Shown here in pieces: positions 52,084 to 57,816 of a stretch of DNA of 57,816 nt. The stretch is taken from the NCBI GenBank assembly GCA_016213925.1, contig JACQZH010000042.1, positions 1 through 57,816 on the forward strand, read 5' to 3'. The stretch comes from Candidatus Omnitrophota bacterium. Its GTDB lineage: Bacteria > Omnitrophota > Gorgyraeia > B26-G9. Made by a program: the position numbers and the translations under genes. Under the pieces are notes generated by a model. It ran no database searches. It was not told where the DNA came from and saw only the letters and a program-made list of their open reading frames with translations. Numbering within the stretch: the first letter of the stretch is position 1; each line of letters starts with the position of its first letter.

Positions 52084-52260
52084 ATGCCTGAATATTTAAA
52101 AATCCATGAAGCGGCGGACCTGCTTAAGATCACCAAGCAGACATTGCGCAATTGGGATAAGCAGGGCAAGCTAACGCCTCACCGCCATCCTCTCAACAAT
52201 TACCGTCTGTATAAGAAGTCTGATTTGATTAAGCTTTTAAACAAGATCGAGAAGAAATGA
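52084..52260 (+). CDS. MerR-type HTH protein, candidate recombination directionality factor
   Basis: I.EAADLL.I...TLRNWD..GKL...R...N.YRLY; AAGGAG RBS; ATGA overlap with the recombinase. Confidence 0.8.
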   Translation: MPEYLKIHEAADLLKITKQTLRNWDKQGKLTPHRHPLNNYRLYKKSDLIKLLNKIEKK

Positions 52261-53831
52261 TCGCCAAGCCCGTCAGATATTTTCTTTACGCCCGCAAGTC
52301 ATCGGAGAACGAAGACAAACAGGTCGCCTCCGTCCCCTCACAGATCGAAGAGCTCAAGAAGCTTGCCCAAGAGATGAATCTAAACATCGTTGAAATCTTC
52401 ACCGAGGAGAAATCTGCCAAGGCCCCGGGACGTCCGGTCTTTAGTCAGATGATCGCGGATATTCACAAAGGCCGCGCCGAGGGCATTCTTTGCTGGAAAT
52501 TAGACCGTCTGGCGCGTAACCCAATCGACGGCGGCACGATTAGCTGGATGCTTCAGCAATCGATTATCCGGCATATTCAAACATTCCAGCGCGCCTATCA
52601 CCCCACAGACAATGTTCTGATGATGAATCTTGAATTTGGCATGGCCAATCAATTCATTCTCGATTTAAGCGTTAACACCAAGCGCGGACAAAGAAATAAA
52701 ATTCAACAAGGCTGGCTTCCGCACAAGCCGCCGTTCGGATATCTCAACAATCTTTACAATCAACCGGATAAGCCGCCGATCTACCCTGACCCGGTATCTT
52801 TCCCGATCATGAAGAAACTTTGGGCGATTCTTTTGGAGAAACGCTGTTCCATTGACAAACTTTTTGATATCGCTCACGGGATGGGCCTAAAGATGGCTAA
52901 GGGCGCTAAGATGTCGAGCCATAACTTCTACCTGCTCTTTCGTAATCCCTTCTATTACGGCGCGTTTCTTTGGAATGACGAGGTATATCCGGGAAAGCAT
53001 GAGCCTATGATCACCAAGATAGAGTTTGATTTAGCACAAAAAATCATAAATAGCCGGAGTTTTCCTCGGGAGCAAACACACACTTTTGCCTTCACCGGCC
53101 TGATGCGTTGCGGAGAATGCGGGGCTTATATTACCGCTGAGGAAAAGTTTAAACACTTAAAGAATGGCGGCACAAATCATCACACTTATTATCGTTGCAC
53201 AAAAAGGATCAAGCGGGATTGCTCCGAGCCGCCTATACGATTAGAGGATCTTGAGAATCAGATCCGTGACATTTTAGGCAAAATAACCATACCGCCGCAA
53301 TTCCGGGATTGGGCGATAAAACAACTTAAAGTTGATCAATCAAAAGAAATAGTCGACCGCGATGAAATCACCAAGGCGCACCGGCATAATCTGGATGCCT
53401 GCGCGAAAAAATTGGACGCGCTTTTTAATATGCGCTTAAACGAAGAAATCGGGCCCGATGAGTACGCTAAGAAAAAAGACGATCTATTGCGGGAAAAGCA
53501 AAAATATGAGGAGTTAATCGGTGATACTCAGCAGAGGATCGAAACTTGGTTAGAACGGGCTGACAAAGCCTTCACTTTCGCTCAAACCGCTCAAAACCGC
53601 TTCGAAACGGGCACTTTGGAGGACAAGCGGTATGTTCTCTCGTGTTTAGGTTCGAACCTCGTCCTGACGGGCAAACAACTGCGATTTCAGGTCGACAAAA
53701 GCCTTGCTCTCTTCCAAGAGGTTGCCCCAGACGTACAAAGCCTCCACAACCGGTTAGAACCGACGCAACTCGTTGATTCTACGACCGATTGGGAGGCTTT
53801 ATATGCTCAAAATAAAAAATGGGGTGGATGA
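52257..53831 (+). CDS. large serine recombinase (integrase)
   Basis: YARKS catalytic Ser, SAK..GRP.F, LDRL.RN, PFGY, G.H...I, CGECG zinc ribbon, YYRC, coiled coil. The last codons (W-G-G-stop) lie inside tRNA-His. Confidence 0.95.
   Translation: MIAKPVRYFLYARKSSENEDKQVASVPSQIEELKKLAQEMNLNIVEIFTEEKSAKAPGRPVFSQMIADIHKGRAEGILCWKLDRLARNPIDGGTISWMLQQSIIRHIQTFQRAYHPTDNVLMMNLEFGMANQFILDLSVNTKRGQRNKIQQGWLPHKPPFGYLNNLYNQPDKPPIYPDPVSFPIMKKLWAILLEKRCSIDKLFDIAHGMGLKMAKGAKMSSHNFYLLFRNPFYYGAFLWNDEVYPGKHEPMITKIEFDLAQKIINSRSFPREQTHTFAFTGLMRCGECGAYITAEEKFKHLKNGGTNHHTYYRCTKRIKRDCSEPPIRLEDLENQIRDILGKITIPPQFRDWAIKQLKVDQSKEIVDRDEITKAHRHNLDACAKKLDALFNMRLNEEIGPDEYAKKKDDLLREKQKYEELIGDTQQRIETWLERADKAFTFAQTAQNRFETGTLEDKRYVLSCLGSNLVLTGKQLRFQVDKSLALFQEVAPDVQSLHNRLEPTQLVDSTTDWEALYAQNKKWGG
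53817..53825. repeat. attR core
   Basis: AAATGGGGT overlapping the tRNA-His CCA end and the recombinase K-W-G codons. Confidence 0.75.
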
Positions 53832-53897
53832 CGGGATTCGAACCCGCGGCCCCAAGAACCACAATCTTGTGCTCTAACCAGCTGAGCTACATCCACC
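53820..53897 (-). tRNA. tRNA-His (GTG)
   Basis: G-1 plus GTGGATG/CATCCAC acceptor stem, anticodon arm CAAGA-ttGTGgt-TCTTG, GGTTCGAATC, encoded CCA. Confidence 0.97.
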
Positions 53898-54003
53898 GTA
53901 CTTGGCAAATGGCTAATAGTTAATACTTAAATTTATTTTGTTATATATTATTTGTCTTTTACTTTTCACTATTTGCCATTTAATACGTGCTATGTGCCAA
54001 TAA

Positions 54004-54080
54004 TGGCGTCCCTGGCCTGATTCGAACAGGCGACCCTCTGCTTAGAAGGCAGATGCTCTATCCAACTGAGCTACAGGGAC
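54004..54080 (-). tRNA. tRNA-Arg (TCT)
   Basis: GTCCCTG/CAGGGAC acceptor stem, TCTGC-ctTCTaa-GCAGA, GTTCGAATC, CCA. Confidence 0.97.
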
Positions 54081-54118
54081 CCTGAATAGCTAATAGCTAC
54101 TGGCAAATAGCTAATAGT

Positions 54119-54287
54119 TCATTTAAGACTATTCTTAAAAGCCCTTATTTTCTTTATAAGCGTTTCAGCCTTCTGATAAAAATCAATTCTTTCTTTCTCA
54201 GAATGAAAATTTTTCTGTAATATTATATATATCTTCCGCGTAAGAAATCGCTAATTCCCATATTTCTAAATCTTCAAATCTAAACAT
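54119..54287 (-). pseudogene. four-helix-bundle (23S rRNA IVS-type) protein remnant
   Basis: GGAG RBS, MFRFEDLEIWELAISYAEDI*, and the C-terminus YQKAETLIKKIRAFKNSLK*; the middle is missing; flanked by heptamer repeats. Confidence 0.7.
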
Positions 54288-54326
54288 TCTGCTCCATTAG
54301 CAATTTGCTATCAGCCATTAGCTATA

Positions 54327-54526
54327 TTGGTCGGGGCGGAAGGATTCGCCTCCTCCACTCAAAACATCGTGCCTGTCCCGCCCTTTGGCGGGATTTTTCG
54401 CTGCGTAGGCTCCCCTTCGTTCTCTAAATTTACATCCCTGTAAATTTGAGCTCCCATAAGGTCGCTCCGTTCACTACGCTTCGAATCCTTCTTACTCCTA
54501 TTATTTGGTCGGGGCGGAAGGATTCG
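54327..54526. repeat. 22-bp duplication of the tRNA-Pro 3' end enclosing a palindromic mini-element
   Basis: TTGGTCGGGGCGGAAGGATTCG at 54327-54348 and 54505-54526. Confidence 0.85.
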
Positions 54527-54583
54527 AACCTTCGACATCTTGGTCCCAAACCAAGCGCTCTAGCCAAACTGAGCCACGCCCCG
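54506..54583 (-). tRNA. tRNA-Pro (TGG)
   Basis: CGGGGCG/CGCCCCG acceptor stem, CTTGG-ttTGGga-CCAAG, GGTTCGAATC, CCA. Confidence 0.97.
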
Positions 54584-54704
54584 AAAACAAAAATCTGCTT
54601 TAAAAAATTAAACGCTGTCAAATAACCGAAAATTTTCGCTATAAAACTGCCTAGTTAAATCCCTAATCCTTCTTCTTATGAAAAATTTAAAAACTATATT
54701 TTAA

Positions 54705-54749
54705 TATAAAAGTGTAGAGAACTTAACTAATATCCTCTACACTTTTATA
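54705..54749 (-). terminator. probable terminator hairpin
   Basis: 15-bp inverted repeat TATAAAAGTGTAGAG / CTCTACACTTTTATA just after the stop at 54775. Confidence 0.6.
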
Positions 54750-54774
54750 AAAATTATCTTTTCAAGGCCTATTT

Positions 54775-55203
54775 TTATTGCTTTCTCTGCTCTTGCTTTT
54801 TCCCCTCTTGTTTTTTAACCTTTTCCTTCTTTTCCTTTTCTTCTTTCTGCATCTCTTTTGCCGGCATTATAATACTTAAGGAAATAAGTACATTTTTTTC
54901 ATTGCCTTTTTTATCTTTTACTTTATGAAAAGTAGCTAAAATTTTCGCGTCTCTTGCCAATTCATCCAGTTAAATTTTGACCAGTTGGCCTTTGCTATCT
55001 TCGACGACAATGGCAGAACCGGTTTTTGACTTAAATTCCACATAATCTACTCTACCAACTACTCCAAACACATTTCGCGCCTGCAGTCCCTCTAACGCTG
55101 TTACCGATTGAGTAAGAGTCGCATCCTCCGCTTTTAAACTATGTGCTTGAACAAATAAACCCATCAAAAGCAATAATCCAAAAACCAAAAATTTTCTTTT
55201 CAT
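54775..55203 (-). pseudogene. secreted protein split by an in-frame TAA
   Basis: The signal-peptide ORF 55203-54970 and ORF 54960-54775 are in the same frame: QLVKI*LDELARDAK. Confidence 0.6.
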
Positions 55204-55359
55204 TATATCCTCCTTATAGAACTAAAATTTATTATTTAGTATAACACCATTCAAAAATAAGGTCAAGAAATTAGAAGTGATATCACATCCTAATACCGGC
55301 AACCTATACATATAACGGCAATAATAATACTTTATCTTTTATATGCGGATTTTTAAAAT

Positions 55360-55749
55360 CTAAAAATCCTTTTTCCAAAAAAGCTTCACACTCCCATCAT
55401 CAGAATCAACCTTTAAATCAAGTTTATGGCGATTAAGATACGCATCATCCAATTCATTGATCCAATCGACGTAATCAACCCCTTTTTCCAGGAATTCCGA
55501 AACATTTGGGATATAATATTTATGCAAAGTGAGCCTAATTGTTTCCATAGTAATTTTTCTTTTTTCAGGATACTCGTCTTTTTTTTCCTCGCACTTATTC
55601 ATCATAATATCCCATGTATTAGAATCATAGGTTCGTAACAAGCCATTTTTTTTATCGATACGCTCTTCTGCCGCTGCTCCTACTGTTACAAAGGGTATCA
55701 CCGTAAATAAAACAATGTATGTAAGCCTGACTAAAGTCTTCATATCCAC
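55360..55749 (-). CDS. hypothetical exported protein
   Basis: Signal-peptide-like N-terminus; C-terminal Phe. Confidence 0.6.
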   Translation of the reverse strand: MDMKTLVRLTYIVLFTVIPFVTVGAAAEERIDKKNGLLRTYDSNTWDIMMNKCEEKKDEYPEKRKITMETIRLTLHKYYIPNVSEFLEKGVDYVDWINELDDAYLNRHKLDLKVDSDDGSVKLFWKKDF

Positions 55750-55763
55750 TTAACAACAGCACG

Positions 55764-56513
55764 TCATAGTTCTTTATGTTGACAATTTTTCTGCCTTATA
55801 ACTTCGTAGCAAAATATCGCCGCCGCTACTGCAGCGTTTAGAGAAAGCTCATTTCCAGGCATAGGCAGGCTAACCTTAAAGTCAAGCTCCGAGAACAACC
55901 CCTGGCGTATTCCTTTATCCTCTGATCCTATAACCGCGCATAAAGGAAAAGGCAAAGAAAACCGTGTGATCTCCTCGCCATCTTTTACCACTGTTCCTAC
56001 GACCCAATAGCCTGCCTCTTTTATTGATTTAAGCGCAGGAATTAAATTCGTTACCTGTGTGACCGGGACATAGTTTTCTCCTCCGCAAGCTACACGCAAA
56101 ACCGTCTCATTTATACCAGCACTCCGATGCTTAGGAATAATCAACGCAAACTTACCGAAACAAGCAGCGCTTCGCAAAATAGAACCCACATTCTGAGGGT
56201 CGGTAATACTGCTTAGAGCCAGTAAAGTTATCTTTTCTTCTTTTGCGAAAGTGAGCAACTCCTCCAGCTTGACATAGGAAAACTCCTCTATTTCGGCCAT
56301 AACCCCTTGAGCATGGACATATTGCGCCCTGGATTCAAAATCGCGTTGATTAAGCTCTTCACAGGATATATTCTTTTTCCTTGCCAGTTCTCTTATGTTT
56401 TCCGTATTCGAATCGACCTGGAAGAATATTTTCCTGATGCTTTTTGGATTTGCCTTGATGCGTTCATAGACCTGATGCTTTCCAAATAACTTCATCAAAT
56501 CACTCCCTATCAA
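55764..56513 (-). CDS. rlmB: 23S rRNA (Gm2251) 2'-O-methyltransferase, SpoU family
   Basis: QGV, DPQNVGSILRSA, GSEDKG, SLNAAVA. Confidence 0.9.
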   Translation of the reverse strand: MIGSDLMKLFGKHQVYERIKANPKSIRKIFFQVDSNTENIRELARKKNISCEELNQRDFESRAQYVHAQGVMAEIEEFSYVKLEELLTFAKEEKITLLALSSITDPQNVGSILRSAACFGKFALIIPKHRSAGINETVLRVACGGENYVPVTQVTNLIPALKSIKEAGYWVVGTVVKDGEEITRFSLPFPLCAVIGSEDKGIRQGLFSELDFKVSLPMPGNELSLNAAVAAAIFCYEVIRQKNCQHKEL

Positions 56514-56516
56514 ATT

Positions 56517-57815
56517 TTAAATATTCGGCAGGATTAACTGCGCAATTTTAAAATATATTATTATGCCCAGCACATCAACCATTGTCGCTACCATCGGCCC
56601 ACTCATAAGCGCCGGATCAAGTTTCAGCCTACGGAAAATTATCGGCAATCCCGCTCCGAAAACAGCAGCCATAAATATAGTTATTCCCATTGAAGCCCCT
56701 ACAGCTAAACTCAGCAGCCAGTTATGCTCCAAAATCGAAACAACAACCGACCCTAATACTGCAACAGTTACTCCTATACATATACCCAGCAATGATTCTC
56801 TTAACACAACCTTAAAAAAATCATTAACCTTAATATCTCCAACCGCCAGGCTGCGAATAACTATCGCCGCAGACTGCGAGCCGGCATTACCGCCCATTGC
56901 TATCTGAATAGGCACAAAAAAAGTCAATGCCAACATACTGTTTATAGACGCGTGATTGCTTTTCAGGACAAAAGCGGATATAGATTCAATAAGCACAAGC
57001 ACAAAAAGCCAAAAACTTCTTTTCCAGAACAGGTTGAAAAAATTAGCATCTAAATACGGTTTTTCCACAGGCAAAACCGCCGCCATTTTTTCCATATCCT
57101 CAGTTGCCTCCTGCTCAATAATATCTACGATATCATCAATAGTTATAATACCGACAAGCTTGTCATTATAATCAACTACCGGAGCTTCCAGCAGGTCATA
57201 GCGCTTAAAAAGCCCTGCAACCTCTTTCTGAAGCGCTAACTCATTTACTTTTATAAAATCCGTATTTTCCTTAAGATCTTTTATCAGCATATCCGCCGGA
57301 GCTTTTATCAAATCCTGCAGTTCGACTATTCCCAGAAGTTTATGATTGATATCCGTAACATAAATCGAATTCAAATTAAAATCATGCTCAAAACTCAAAC
57401 TATCCTGCAATTTTAATATTGCCGCGCGCGCAGTTATCTCTTTTCTTATCTCAACGAAATCAGTTGTCATTATTGATCCTGCGGTACCTTTCTCATAGGT
57501 CATCAATTCCCTGACGTCATCTACCTCTTCTGTTTTCATCAGCCTAAAAAACCTTTTCATAATCTTAGGCGGCAGGTCATGAAAAAGATCCGCGCGTTCA
57601 TCAGAAGCCATTTCGTTTAATACCTGCGAGACTTCGCTATTATCCAGGTTATTCAGTAGAAAAGACTGGTCCGCAAATTTCATATATTCAAAAAGCTCAA
57701 CCGCTAAACGCCTGGTCAATAACTTGAATATAAAAATCTTCTCATTATCGCTGAAATGATGCCACCCTTCGGCAATATCGATTGAGGGGATTTTCGAAAG
57801 CAAAGCTTTAAGTTC
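56517..57815 (-). CDS. mgtE: magnesium transporter MgtE (5' end beyond the window)
   Basis: MgtE_N helices, CBS pair (TAGSIMT, GIITIDD), GGNAGSQ, DPA..SGP...T..D. Confidence 0.95.
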   Translation of the reverse strand, partial: ELKALLSKIPSIDIAEGWHHFSDNEKIFIFKLLTRRLAVELFEYMKFADQSFLLNNLDNSEVSQVLNEMASDERADLFHDLPPKIMKRFFRLMKTEEVDDVRELMTYEKGTAGSIMTTDFVEIRKEITARAAILKLQDSLSFEHDFNLNSIYVTDINHKLLGIVELQDLIKAPADMLIKDLKENTDFIKVNELALQKEVAGLFKRYDLLEAPVVDYNDKLVGIITIDDIVDIIEQEATEDMEKMAAVLPVEKPYLDANFFNLFWKRSFWLFVLVLIESISAFVLKSNHASINSMLALTFFVPIQIAMGGNAGSQSAAIVIRSLAVGDIKVNDFFKVVLRESLLGICIGVTVAVLGSVVVSILEHNWLLSLAVGASMGITIFMAAVFGAGLPIIFRRLKLDPALMSGPMVATMVDVLGIIIYFKIAQLILPNI

Positions 57816-57816
57816 G

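Larger units (their letters stand above)
31738..53825. mobile_element. ~22 kb serine-recombinase integrative element in the tRNA-His 3' end
   Basis: Direct repeat AAATGGGGT at 31738-31746 and 53817-53825 (last 6 nt of the tRNA plus 3 nt); recombinase, MerR-HTH and primase-helicase at the right end; defence cargo at the left. Confidence 0.85.

Noticed and set aside
47412-53831. Complete prophage
   Set aside because: No capsid, portal, terminase, tail or lysis genes recognised between the att sites.
54430-54621. 63-aa ORF
   Set aside because: It runs through tRNA-Pro.
1830-57171. Many 60-220 aa ORFs overlapping known genes (e.g. 46220-46894, 42991-43437, 10612-10950)
   Set aside because: Antisense or alternate-frame shadows with no motifs or RBS.
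1-57816. CRISPR array or cas genes
   Set aside because: No regularly spaced 25-45 bp repeats with unique spacers; the periodic tracts are degenerate 7-12-mers.

Overview
AT-rich bacterial chromosome segment; gene content and protein styles suggest a PVC-superphylum/Omnitrophota-like host (inference only). Bases 1-30,100 and 54,600-57,816 are mostly housekeeping: greA, hrcA-grpE-dnaK-dnaJ with a perfect CIRCE operator, hflX, malQ plus a GH57 hydrolase, a TPP-riboswitch-controlled Cys-type Thi4, rlmB and mgtE. A ~22 kb integrative element (31,738-53,825, 9-bp core AAATGGGGT) sits in the 3' end of tRNA-His within a Pro-Arg-His tRNA cluster. It carries a large serine recombinase, a MerR-type HTH, a Toprim/D5 primase-helicase, a decaying type I R-M locus, and an apparently intact three-gene cassette: a 2304-aa SIR2-TPR-tandem PIN-like protein, a ParA/MinD ATPase and an HD-domain protein. 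That cassette is the best candidate for an undescribed defence system. Second highlight: the att site lies inside the recombinase gene, so excision would add a 24-aa C-terminal tail encoded at attL. A homologous tail at 30,126-30,200, conserved as protein but with mostly different synonymous codons, supports the tail being coding and marks an older sister element. Several genes carry internal deletions or in-frame stops (grpE, hsdM, hsdS, an AlbA-type regulator, a four-helix-bundle gene). All calls come from motif reading; no searches were run.
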